Shown here: positions 1 through 8,992 of the stretch, in pieces | Numbering within the stretch: position 1 is the first letter of the stretch | Layout: every line of letters starts with the position of its first letter | Source of the DNA: an uncultured Pseudomonadales bacterium | GTDB taxonomy: Bacteria; Patescibacteriota; Microgenomatia; UBA1400; PJMF01 | NCBI GenBank assembly: GCA_964455555.1 | Contig: CAYVXV010000004.1 | Span: forward strand, 7,771-71,770 | Direction: 5' to 3' | Length of the DNA stretch: 64,000 bases | The notes under the pieces: generated by a model | What the model was told of the DNA's origin: nothing | The model's input: the letters and a program-made list of their open reading frames with translations, nothing else | Databases searched by the model: none | Translations under genes and position numbers: made by a program

Positions 1-1412
1 TCGATCTTCAGGCTATTGATTTTGCCCAGCGCAAAAGCGGACTCAGGCTGATTACAAATTACGCTATGCCATCTGAGTTAGAGCGGGCTATTGCCGAGCA
101 TTACTCGCAAAGCCTCTCCAGCGAGGTTACTGAAGCCTTGGAGCAGACCAGCCAAGTGGTTGAGGCAGAGCTGGAAAAACAGGATCTGTCCGGCTTGGCC
201 GGTGAAACCATCCGCCAGGCTCCGATTACCAAGATTGTCCAGACTGTCCTCTCCTTTGCCATGAAAGCTAGGGCATCTGATATTCATATTGAGCCACAAG
301 AAGGGCGCACTAGAGTCCGCTACAGGATTGATGGTATTTTGCAGGAAAAATTAATCCTGCCCGCTTCGGTTCAAGAGGCCGTAGTATCCAGAATTAAAAT
401 TCTCTCAGGGCTCAAAATTGACGAAAAGCGCGTCCCTCAGGACGGCCGTTTTACCTTTATTGCCGGAGAGGAAGAAGTTGACCTGCGTATTTCTACCTTG
501 CCCACTATCCATGGCGAAAAAGTGGTGATGCGGCTGCTCAAGAAAAATGATTCAGTCCCCTCCCTGCCAGATCTGGGTCTTAGAGGGCTGGCTTTGAGGA
601 ATGTTGAAGATTCAATTAAAGTCCCTCACGGCATTATTCTGGTGACCGGGCCTACCGGCTCAGGAAAAACTACTACGCTCTACTCGATCCTGGACAAGAT
701 TAATACGCCCAAAGTCAACATTGTGACGCTGGAGGATCCCGTCGAGTACCAGATGAAAGGCATTAATCAGGTTCAAATCAACCCTCAGGCAGGCCTGACC
801 TTTGCTTCAGGGTTGAGGTCTTTTCTCCGGCAGGACCCCAACATCATCATGGTGGGTGAGGTCCGTGACGGCGAGACGTCTGATCTGGCAATCCAAGCTT
901 CACTGACAGGCCATTTGGTTTTCTCAACTTTGCATACTTCCTCAGCCGCCGGTGCCCTGCCCCGTCTGCTGGACATGGGTGCCGAGCCCTTCCTGTTGGC
1001 TTCATCAATGACTTGTGTAATGGCGCAGCGGGTTGTCCGGCTGATCAACCCTGATTACAAAGAAGAATATAAACCTGATCCTGAGGTACTGAAGGATATT
1101 AAAAATGTTTTAGGCGGATTTTTTGACAATTGGCTCAAACAGAACAATAAGACAGAAGCAGACGTGACTTTGTTTAGAGCCAAAGAAGACCGACCTCAGA
1201 CAGAGCCCGAGTACAAAGGTAGGATTGGCATCTTTGAAGTAATGAAAATCACAGAAGAAATTGGTACACTGATTTTAACCAGAAAACCAGCTGTAGAAAT
1301 TGAAGAGCTTGGGATTAAGAGTGGCATGCTGCTGATGAAGCAGGACGGCTATATCAAGGCACTTGAAGGCATAACAACAATAGAGGAGGTTTTGAGGGTA
1401 GCTCAAATCTAG
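1..1412 (+). CDS. pilB: Type IV pilus assembly ATPase PilB/GspE (5'-truncated by window edge)
   Basis: ASDIHIEP, RYRIDG, PQDGRF, Walker A GPTGSGKTT, LRQDPNIIMVGEVRD, TGHLVFSTLH; frame is open back to the window start. Confidence 0.96.
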   Translation, partial: DLQAIDFAQRKSGLRLITNYAMPSELERAIAEHYSQSLSSEVTEALEQTSQVVEAELEKQDLSGLAGETIRQAPITKIVQTVLSFAMKARASDIHIEPQEGRTRVRYRIDGILQEKLILPASVQEAVVSRIKILSGLKIDEKRVPQDGRFTFIAGEEEVDLRISTLPTIHGEKVVMRLLKKNDSVPSLPDLGLRGLALRNVEDSIKVPHGIILVTGPTGSGKTTTLYSILDKINTPKVNIVTLEDPVEYQMKGINQVQINPQAGLTFASGLRSFLRQDPNIIMVGEVRDGETSDLAIQASLTGHLVFSTLHTSSAAGALPRLLDMGAEPFLLASSMTCVMAQRVVRLINPDYKEEYKPDPEVLKDIKNVLGGFFDNWLKQNNKTEADVTLFRAKEDRPQTEPEYKGRIGIFEVMKITEEIGTLILTRKPAVEIEELGIKSGMLLMKQDGYIKALEGITTIEEVLRVAQI

Positions 1413-1422
1413 GAGGTTGAGA

Positions 1423-2481
1423 ATGAATATTCATGATGTTTTAGACAAACTTAATGAGTTGCAGGGATCTGATATCCATATTCTGGCCGGTGCCCCGCTA
1501 ACCCTGAGAGTAAATGGCGAGCTACTTGCTATGGATGGTTCTCCTGTTCTAGCACCGCAGGATACCGAAGCCCTAATTAATCCCCTGTTGACCCAAGAGC
1601 AAAAAGACTACATAAAAGTTAATAAAGAACTGGATCTTGGTTATCAGTATAAGGATATTGGCCGCTTCAGGATTAATGTTTACCACACTCAAGGCGCAAT
1701 GGCAGCTGCCCTGAGGTTGATTCCCAGTAGGATCAGGACACTTGACGAACTGCAGATGCCGGAGGTTTTTCATACTTTTGCTAAATATAAGCAAGGTTTG
1801 GTGCTTCTGACCGGTCCTACAGGCGAAGGCAAGTCCACCACCCTAGCCGCCATTATTGATGAAATCAACAAAGAACGCGCGGTTCATGTGGTCACGATTG
1901 AAGACCCGATTGAGTTTGTCTACAAACCGGTTAAGAGTATTATTTCCCAGCGGGAAGTTAATCATGATACCCATGGTTGGGATATTGCCCTCAAGTCAGT
2001 TTTGCGTGAGGACCCGGATGTCGTGTTGATTGGTGAGATGCGCGATTATGAGACTATTGCTTCTGCTATCACCATTGCAGAAACCGGCCACTTGGTTTTT
2101 GCTACTCTCCATACTGCTACAGCAGCCCAGACGATTGACCGGATTATTGACGTCTTTCCTTCTCATCAACAAGGACAAATCCGCCAGCAATTGGCGGCCA
2201 CCCTTAAAGTTGTAGCTTCGCAGCGGCTGCTTCCGACTACAGACGGCGGGCGGATTGCTGGTTTGGAAGTGATGATTGCCAAACCTTCCATCCGCAACTT
2301 AATCCGTGAAAGCAAGACTCATCAGATAGATAATGTTATCCAGACTTCGGCAGATGAACAGATGATGCTCTTTGAAACCCACCTGTACACCTTGGTGCAG
2401 CGCGGGACGATCACCAATGAAACGGCTAAAAACTTTGCCTTTAGAAGAGATGAAATTAATCGGTTAATGGGTAGCAGTTGA
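1423..2481 (+). CDS. pilT: Type IV pilus retraction ATPase PilT
   Basis: GPTGEGKST, TIEDPIE, LREDPDVVLIGEMRD, SIRNLIRE (AIRNLIRE motif); AGGAGG at 1411-1416 favours ATG 1423. Confidence 0.95.
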   Translation: MNIHDVLDKLNELQGSDIHILAGAPLTLRVNGELLAMDGSPVLAPQDTEALINPLLTQEQKDYIKVNKELDLGYQYKDIGRFRINVYHTQGAMAAALRLIPSRIRTLDELQMPEVFHTFAKYKQGLVLLTGPTGEGKSTTLAAIIDEINKERAVHVVTIEDPIEFVYKPVKSIISQREVNHDTHGWDIALKSVLREDPDVVLIGEMRDYETIASAITIAETGHLVFATLHTATAAQTIDRIIDVFPSHQQGQIRQQLAATLKVVASQRLLPTTDGGRIAGLEVMIAKPSIRNLIRESKTHQIDNVIQTSADEQMMLFETHLYTLVQRGTITNETAKNFAFRRDEINRLMGSS

Positions 2482-3683
2482 TGCCATATTTTAAATACAA
2501 AGTCAAAAATCAGTATAGCGACACCGTTTCAGGCAAGGTTGAAGCTGTCACAATTGAAGCAGCAGCAGCTGAGCTTTCCTCGCGCGGGCTGCTGGTTATT
2601 AATCTTCAGCCGCTATCAGATGACTCCTTTTCTGTCCTCAAGGGTGTCCTGATGGGTGTTAAGCAGGATGACATTGTTAACTTAACGCGTCAGTTAGCCA
2701 CTATGATTACTGCCGGCCTGCCCCTAGCCGGAGGCTTGTCGATCCTTGTACGCCAGAGCAAGGCCGAACTTTCCAGGTTGGTAGCCCAGATACTCCAGGA
2801 TGTTGAAGGCGGAACCTCTTTTAGCCAAGCCTTGGCCAAGCACCCCGACATTTTTTCCCGTCTTTATATTCAGCTAGTCAATGCCGGTGAGACTGGTGGT
2901 GTGCTGGACGAAGTGCTACAGCGGTTGGCAGACAACATGGAGAAATCCAAGGAATTTAAAGCCAAGACCAAGGGTGCAATGATTTATCCGATTATTGTGG
3001 TGCTGGCAATGGTGGCTGTAGGTTTTATTATGATGATTTTTGTTATTCCCAAGCTGACTGAAATGTACAAGGACTTCGATGCAGAGCTGCCAATGGCTAC
3101 CAGAGTGCTAATCGGCACCTCCAACTTTGTGACCCAATTCTGGTATATTTTTCTGATTGTTATTGTGGCCGGTGTTTATGGTCTTAAAAGATGGTACAAG
3201 ACTGAAAAGGGCGAGTTGGCGATTGATGGCCTAATTCTCAAACTGCCGATTATTGGGGTGCTGCGCCAGAAAATTATCCTGACAGAATTTGCCCGGACGT
3301 TGTCTCTGCTGCTTGGGGCGGGAGTTTCTTTGCTGCAGGCTTTAGAAATCGTTAATGAAGGCATAACTAATGTGGTTTACCGCAACGCTTTTAAGGAAGT
3401 TACCAACCAAGTTGAAAAAGGCATTTCCCTCTCAGAAGCCATGAGCCACTACGATATTTTCCCGCCTATCCTTTTCCAAATGATGAGTGTTGGTGAGGAA
3501 ACGGGCAAACTCGATGAAGTCTTGCTGAAAATGTCCACCTATTTCGAGCAGGAAAGTGAGCAAGCGGTCAAGAACTTAACCACTGCTATGGAGCCGATGA
3601 TTATGATTGTGCTGGGTGTAGGCGTAGGGGCGATGGTGATTGCTATAATTATGCCGATCTACAACTTGACCAGCCAATTTTAG
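2481..3683 (+). CDS. pilC: Type IV pilus platform protein PilC (GspF family)
   Basis: RQLATMITAGLPL, AGETGGVLD, AMIYP, VGEETGKLD, AIIMPIY; TGATG overlap with pilT. Confidence 0.95.
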   Translation: MPYFKYKVKNQYSDTVSGKVEAVTIEAAAAELSSRGLLVINLQPLSDDSFSVLKGVLMGVKQDDIVNLTRQLATMITAGLPLAGGLSILVRQSKAELSRLVAQILQDVEGGTSFSQALAKHPDIFSRLYIQLVNAGETGGVLDEVLQRLADNMEKSKEFKAKTKGAMIYPIIVVLAMVAVGFIMMIFVIPKLTEMYKDFDAELPMATRVLIGTSNFVTQFWYIFLIVIVAGVYGLKRWYKTEKGELAIDGLILKLPIIGVLRQKIILTEFARTLSLLLGAGVSLLQALEIVNEGITNVVYRNAFKEVTNQVEKGISLSEAMSHYDIFPPILFQMMSVGEETGKLDEVLLKMSTYFEQESEQAVKNLTTAMEPMIMIVLGVGVGAMVIAIIMPIYNLTSQF

Positions 3684-3807
3684 AAAAAGGCTGCCCAATC
3701 GCTCTGCACTAGGGGTTTACCACTTGCGGAGCCTAGAGATTTTAGTATAAATTAGTGTTACAGCCCTTTTTCGGCTATGAGCCTGTAATAATAGTGTGAG
3801 GAAACAT

Positions 3808-4491
3808 ATGAACCTGTCCAAGTCTTTTCTTCAAATCCTTGCGAAAGTGAGGCAGCATAACCAAAGTGCTGGATTTACAATGATTGAGCTCTTGATCGTG
3901 ATTGCCATTCTCGGAATTTTGGCGGTAGCGGTCCTGTCTGCCATTAATCCTATTGAGCAAATTAACCGTGGTCGGGATACCGGTTCAAGGTCAGATGCTG
4001 AGCAGCTTTTAAGCGCTGTGGACCGTTTCCACGCTTTCCAGGGTTACTATCCTTGGCAGACCGGGGTCAGTGATGTGAGCAATATCGAGGTTAACCCTTG
4101 GGTTCGGCTGACTAATGTTGCTGCCCTGGCTGATGCAAACGGTTGTAACATGCTGGAAAAACTCAGCTCTTTACCCAACACCAACGCCACCTGTACTACG
4201 GCTGCAAACGAGCTTAAAGGCAATTATGTGGATCGGGTCACCTCCAGTTCGTACAATAATCTGTACGTCTACCATGGCACAGGGCTAAGTGATTCCACCT
4301 ATGTCTGCTTCGCCCCTCAGTCCGATGCCTTCAAGCAGGAGGCCTTTGATAGACTAGACACAAACAGTGACGGCAATGTGGATGCTTCAGACAACATCCC
4401 AGCTGATTATCCGGCTGATGCTATAGATAATCCTACCTCAGGAAGTGACATCAACTGCGGTCCTGACGGCTACTGTGTCTGCTTGCCATAG
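3808..4491 (+). CDS. Type IV pilin, probable major pilin
   Basis: Class III signal AG|FTMIELLIVIAILGILAVAVL; own RBS (GAGG) and own terminator; C-terminal Cys residues. Confidence 0.88.
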   Translation: MNLSKSFLQILAKVRQHNQSAGFTMIELLIVIAILGILAVAVLSAINPIEQINRGRDTGSRSDAEQLLSAVDRFHAFQGYYPWQTGVSDVSNIEVNPWVRLTNVAALADANGCNMLEKLSSLPNTNATCTTAANELKGNYVDRVTSSSYNNLYVYHGTGLSDSTYVCFAPQSDAFKQEAFDRLDTNSDGNVDASDNIPADYPADAIDNPTSGSDINCGPDGYCVCLP

Positions 4492-4511
4492 CAAATTAAA
4501 AGTAGAAATTT

Positions 4512-4541
4512 AACCCCCGCTCCGGCGGGGGTTTTTGTTTT
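4512..4541 (+). terminator. Intrinsic terminator after pilin
   Basis: AACCCCCGC-TCCG-GCGGGGGTT followed by T-rich tract. Confidence 0.85.
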
Positions 4542-4612
4542 GCCAATTCTCTAGCGCCTCTCTGCTCTACCGACTTTCCCTCAGCCGACTTATCCTGTAG
4601 TATCATCTTAGT

Positions 4613-5431
4613 ATGATCACAGGCTGGTTTTTGTTCGGCGCATTGTTTCTTTTTGTTTTAGGGGCTGTCTTTGGCAGTTTTCTGAGTGTGGTAATCCTCA
4701 GGAGCATGCGCGGTGAGTCTTGGCTGGGCGGCTCTTCCAAATGTGACGAGTGCGGCGAGCCGATCCACTGGTATGACAACATTCCCCTGCTCTCCTTTCT
4801 TCTGCTCCGCGGCCGTTGCCGCAAATGCGCCAAGCCGATTCATCCCGTTCACTTTGTAGTGGAATTGCTGACCGGCGTGCTGTTTGTTTGGTGGTACTCC
4901 GGCTTTTTCCTTTTTTTCCAGCTGGCTGAGCAGCCTTTCCAAATTATCCAGCCGCTTTTCTGGCTGCTGGTGGCAGTGGTTTTGCTGGTTATCTTTTTTA
5001 CCGATCTCCTTTATATGATTATTCCCGACCAGGCTGTGGCGCTGCTTTTGGTGTTGGTTGTTGGCTACCGCCTGGCTCTTGTGATGGCCGGAATAATGCA
5101 GGTTGGAGACCTGGTGAACACGGTCCTGGCAACCGGTGTGGCTACCGCCGCTTTTCTGCTGCTGTTTTTTGCCACAAAACAACGGGGCTTTGGCTTTGGT
5201 GATGTAAAACTGATACTGCCGCTCGGGCTACTCCTAGGTTGGCCAAATACTTTGGTGGCGGTATTCTTATCTTTTATTTTTGGCGCCCTGGCTGGCATTG
5301 CCCTGCTTTTAGCAGGCAAACGCAAGCTGAAACAGCCTATCCCCTTTGGGCCATTCCTGATCATTTCTGGGTTTATCAGCCTTATCTGGGGTGAGGCGCT
5401 TTTCCGCTGGTATCTGAGCTTCATTTTTTAG
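4613..5431 (+). CDS. pilD: Prepilin peptidase PilD (A24)
   Basis: FGSFLSVV, SKCDEC...NIPLLSFLLLRGRCRKC Zn motif, TDL..MIIPD, GFGDVKL, IPFGPFL. Confidence 0.95.
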   Translation: MITGWFLFGALFLFVLGAVFGSFLSVVILRSMRGESWLGGSSKCDECGEPIHWYDNIPLLSFLLLRGRCRKCAKPIHPVHFVVELLTGVLFVWWYSGFFLFFQLAEQPFQIIQPLFWLLVAVVLLVIFFTDLLYMIIPDQAVALLLVLVVGYRLALVMAGIMQVGDLVNTVLATGVATAAFLLLFFATKQRGFGFGDVKLILPLGLLLGWPNTLVAVFLSFIFGALAGIALLLAGKRKLKQPIPFGPFLIISGFISLIWGEALFRWYLSFIF

Positions 5432-5499
5432 CTGTCTATCAGAAAAATTCTAACATGTGCTTGTGTATCGAGTAGAAGGTGCGCTAAGATGTAGTAGAG

Positions 5500-6471
5500 A
5501 TGCGCATTATCAAGTACCTGCTCACTTTCTTCGCGCTGATCCTCCTTTTAGGCGTAGGTAGTTTTTTTATTGCCAGGGAAGTGTTTTTATTCTGGGGTTC
5601 AACAACTGTAATCGAGTCGCTCAAGGAGCTAAAGTCGGCTTCGATTAGCAATACATATGAACTGGAATGCGCCCGCCGGGGAGGCGGAACTGCTCCTGTT
5701 TCTTCCGGCAGTAATGTGGTAACTCAGCTCAGGTTCCTTTCTTCAACAGAATATGTCCTTGAAGCAGTCTGCGATCAGTTTCCCCAAAGCCCAATCTTGA
5801 TAAGGCAGCAGACCTTGCCAATGTTTATTACCAAAGTGCCGGGCACCTCTGGATTCATCTGGCGGGAATTTCATCAGTCCGGCATCGAACTGGCGGTTTT
5901 TTCTGACTTAGCAAGTTCACTAAAAGACTATTTTAAGTTTGACCCGGTTGCGTTGGTTAAAACTAAGGGAATAATTGTTGATGACCGGGTGATTGTGAGC
6001 GGAGGCTCGGTTGGCCTTCCTCTCTCTGAGGGCCCTTCAACTACCTGTGAAGGCTATGGTTATTTTTGCTGTGACCAGAATGCCCAAATGGGTTCTGGCA
6101 GCCAGGTGGTGGGTTTAGACAGCTGCCCGGACCGCTGTTATTCTGCCTGCGTGGCTAGACCGATGGTGCTATCTTTTAACAGCAACCCATTTTTTGATGT
6201 AAAAACCCGCGTGGTGACCATTCAGGACGGCGAGACGGTGGAGTTCCGCTATGTGGCTAGCAGCGATGCCCAGGAATTGCAGGCAACCATTGATTTTGGC
6301 GACGGCAAACAGGCTTATATTGTGGGTACTCAAGGAAGTTCAGTCCACAACTACAATTGCGACCGGGCAAAGTGCAGCTTCAGCGCCAGGATTCTTTTGC
6401 GGGATTTATGGGGAGTTGAATCTATTCCTACGCCAATCTCGAAGATTGGTGTAGAGGTTATTAAGCAATAA
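5500..6471 (+). CDS. Membrane-anchored Cys-rich protein with C-terminal PKD-like domain
   Basis: N-terminal TM helix; CEGYGYFCC...CPDRCYSAC; TIDFGDG PKD signature. Confidence 0.7.
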   Translation: MRIIKYLLTFFALILLLGVGSFFIAREVFLFWGSTTVIESLKELKSASISNTYELECARRGGGTAPVSSGSNVVTQLRFLSSTEYVLEAVCDQFPQSPILIRQQTLPMFITKVPGTSGFIWREFHQSGIELAVFSDLASSLKDYFKFDPVALVKTKGIIVDDRVIVSGGSVGLPLSEGPSTTCEGYGYFCCDQNAQMGSGSQVVGLDSCPDRCYSACVARPMVLSFNSNPFFDVKTRVVTIQDGETVEFRYVASSDAQELQATIDFGDGKQAYIVGTQGSSVHNYNCDRAKCSFSARILLRDLWGVESIPTPISKIGVEVIKQ

Positions 6472-6519
6472 AAAATCAGGAAACTAATCAGGAATTTAAA
6501 CAATAGCAGAAAGGCAAAA

Positions 6520-6960
6520 ATGAAAAGTTTAATGAGAACAAATAGCCAGCGGGGTTTTACATTGCTCGAACTCTTGGTGGTTATTTCAATCATCGGTATT
6601 TTGGTGACTATGGGCGTAGTGGCCTACTCTACTGCTCAGGTTAAAGGCCGTGATGCCCGTCGCCGGGCGGATATGCAGTCTATTCAGGATGCCTATGAGC
6701 AATACTATGCCAACGAGGGTGGTTATCTGGCCAGCGGGTTTGGCGGCACTCCTTGTACTGATGGCGGCCAACTTAGCGATTATATTGGCGTGTTTCCTCA
6801 CGACCCAAAACCAGGCACTAATTACACCTGCTCTGGAGATGCAGTTAGCTATTGTGCTTGTGCTGATGTTGAGGATGATAATGGCAACAGCTCAAACGCT
6901 TCCTGCACTTGGGTTCCGGGGGGAACGGGGGCTTATTATTGCGTAGGCAACTTACAGTAA
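6520..6960 (+). CDS. Type IV pilin-like protein (GspG-like N-terminus)
   Basis: RG|FTLLELLVVISIIGIL; RDARRRADMQSIQDAYEQYY. Confidence 0.9.
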   Translation: MKSLMRTNSQRGFTLLELLVVISIIGILVTMGVVAYSTAQVKGRDARRRADMQSIQDAYEQYYANEGGYLASGFGGTPCTDGGQLSDYIGVFPHDPKPGTNYTCSGDAVSYCACADVEDDNGNSSNASCTWVPGGTGAYYCVGNLQ

Positions 6961-6975
6961 CAGCAAGGGAGAAAC

Positions 6976-7419
6976 ATGAAAAAAACATCAGGATTTACGT
7001 TTATAGAACTGCTGGTTTCGGCTACGATTATTATCATTATTTCGGCAATTGGTGTTGTTAGCTTCACTTCGACAGGCAGATCGGCCCGCGACGGCAAACG
7101 CAAGGCAGATTTGGAAACAATCCGCCAAGCATTAGTACTCTTAAGGTCGGATGCGGGGGCTTATCCGAGTGGTGGTTATAGCGACATGATAACCTCGCTG
7201 GTTTCAGGCGGTTACTTAAGCCAGCCTACTCCAGCTGAACCCAGGGTGGCCACACAGGGTGAGTATGCTTATTCCACCAATGGCTCTGGGACCAACTTCT
7301 GCTTGTGCGCCAACACCGAGGACGATGCCAAAAATGCCAATGCTGGATCGACGGGTGCGGGAGGTGTCTGCTCTTTTGGCGCTGCCAACAAAACCCATTA
7401 TTGTGTTTCAAATCCTTAA
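6976..7419 (+). CDS. Type IV pilin-like protein (GspG-like N-terminus)
   Basis: SG|FTFIELLV; RDGKRKADLETIRQAL..GAYP; resembles the preceding pilin. Confidence 0.9.
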   Translation: MKKTSGFTFIELLVSATIIIIISAIGVVSFTSTGRSARDGKRKADLETIRQALVLLRSDAGAYPSGGYSDMITSLVSGGYLSQPTPAEPRVATQGEYAYSTNGSGTNFCLCANTEDDAKNANAGSTGAGGVCSFGAANKTHYCVSNP

Positions 7420-7422
7420 AAT

Positions 7423-7941
7423 ATGTATAAGCTGCCCGTCCGCACCTCTGGCTTTACCTTAATAGAACTCTTAGTAGTGGTAGCTATTTTGTTGATTATT
7501 ACCGGTGGCAGCATCGCCGCTATGATTAGGTTTAATGACAAGCAAAGAGTGCAGTTGGGCATTCAGGAGATTCAGTCATTTATCCAAGTGGCCCAAGCTA
7601 AAGCCAGGGTAAGGGAGATTCCCGGCGGTACAACCTGCAATTCCCTGCAGGGTTACCGGGTACAGAAAAGCGGTTCAACTTTGCAGATACACTCCAACTG
7701 CAACAATGGTGCCGGCAGTGTTTACACTTTAAGCCAGACCCACTTTATCCCTGTCAACCTTACGGTTACGCCTGACAGCTTTTCGGTAGAATACAGGACT
7801 CTTTTTGACGGGGCTGAACTGAGAGTGAACAACACGGTAGTTGCAGATTTTGAGGTCCGGGCAGTCAATTCAACTGGAACTTTTGCTTTTAGTTTTGAAA
7901 TTGATGGGAATGGCATTATGCATAAGCCGGTGCAGGAATAA
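7423..7941 (+). CDS. Minor pilin (FimT/GspH-like)
   Basis: SG|FTLIELLVVVAILLII; IQVAQAKA; C-terminal IDGNG. Confidence 0.85.
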   Translation: MYKLPVRTSGFTLIELLVVVAILLIITGGSIAAMIRFNDKQRVQLGIQEIQSFIQVAQAKARVREIPGGTTCNSLQGYRVQKSGSTLQIHSNCNNGAGSVYTLSQTHFIPVNLTVTPDSFSVEYRTLFDGAELRVNNTVVADFEVRAVNSTGTFAFSFEIDGNGIMHKPVQE

Positions 7942-8435
7942 TGATTATGACAACAAATTTTAAGCAAATCCTAAAAAGCCAAGATGGACAAACTATCCTT
8001 GAAGTTTTGTTGGCTGCAATGATTGTTGGCCTGGTGGTTACTGCTGCTGCTGTTGGCTTGACCTACTCTATAAAAAATAACGCAGAGGTCAGATATCGCG
8101 AGCTGGCTACTGCCCTAGCCCAAGAGCCGATAGAGGCTTTCCGCCGCGAGCGCGACAAGCAACACTGGACGCAATTTCATGCTGCTGTTACCAGCGCAGA
8201 GGTTTATTGTTTTGGTTCGTCAATTCCCAGCGACATGTCTGGTTTTACTACTCGAGCCAACGATGCAACCTGCGATTCTTTTGAAAATGCCAAAACAGAA
8301 TTCAGGCGTTCTGTTGCTGCTGCTAAACCAAATGATAACACTGTTGAGTTGACAGTTACGGTGACTTGGAATGTCGGCGATGATAAAAACGAGCGCTCCA
8401 TCACAGTGAATCATTGGCTTAAAAATTGGAATTAG
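7941..8435 (+). CDS. Minor pilin (PilV-like)
   Basis: DG|QTILEVLLAAMIV; ATALAQEPIE; LTVTVTW. Confidence 0.82.
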   Translation: MIMTTNFKQILKSQDGQTILEVLLAAMIVGLVVTAAAVGLTYSIKNNAEVRYRELATALAQEPIEAFRRERDKQHWTQFHAAVTSAEVYCFGSSIPSDMSGFTTRANDATCDSFENAKTEFRRSVAAAKPNDNTVELTVTVTWNVGDDKNERSITVNHWLKNWN

Positions 8436-8992
8436 TTTCTAAGTTGAATATTCGAAGTAAATTTTTCCAATGGACCTATGGCGTTGCCTGAGTCGCTAGA
8501 AGCTTGCATAGTAAAAGAGACTGTCACAAAGATTTTGCTGCCAGCTGCTGTGCACCTAAACAAAGCCGGTGAATCGGCTATCACGGATGAAGAAGTAATT
8601 CTGTTTAGGTCATGCAAAATTACGCTGCTAAATACCAGCCGGAAAGAATTTCGGTTTCCGCTGGGGTCTTCCACCATAAGATAGTTTGAGCCGGCTAGGC
8701 ACTCATCTAAATTAACCACCATTTTTGCATTACGGATATAGTAGTCCATTGTTTTTAATGCTTGATTTCCTTCGGTGGAAATCCGTTTTCTAAAAGTCAT
8801 GCTGGAATTGCCGATAATAAAGGTTAAGAACATGGCTGAAACTGTCAGAAACAAGATGGTTACCAGTCCTGTGGCTATGAGCATTTCGATCAGTGAAAAG
8901 CCGTTTTTCACGCGGCTGGAGGCTGCAGAAATAAGGCTTCTGAAGCGCTGTGATGCAGCTGCGGAATGGTGGTTAGGCTTGCACTTAATCAT
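8432..8992 (-). CDS. Minor pilin (PilW/PulJ-like), convergent with the main pilin operon
   Basis: NG|FSLIEMLIATGLV; MDYYIRNA; C-terminal FTSNIQLRN; start overlaps stop of the 1388-aa gene. Confidence 0.82.
   Translation of the reverse strand: MIKCKPNHHSAAASQRFRSLISAASSRVKNGFSLIEMLIATGLVTILFLTVSAMFLTFIIGNSSMTFRKRISTEGNQALKTMDYYIRNAKMVVNLDECLAGSNYLMVEDPSGNRNSFRLVFSSVILHDLNRITSSSVIADSPALFRCTAAGSKIFVTVSFTMQASSDSGNAIGPLEKFTSNIQLRN

Noticed and set aside
3750-3807. Riboswitch in the pilin 5' UTR
   Set aside because: Only a weak TTACAG/CTGTAA stem; no recognisable aptamer motif.
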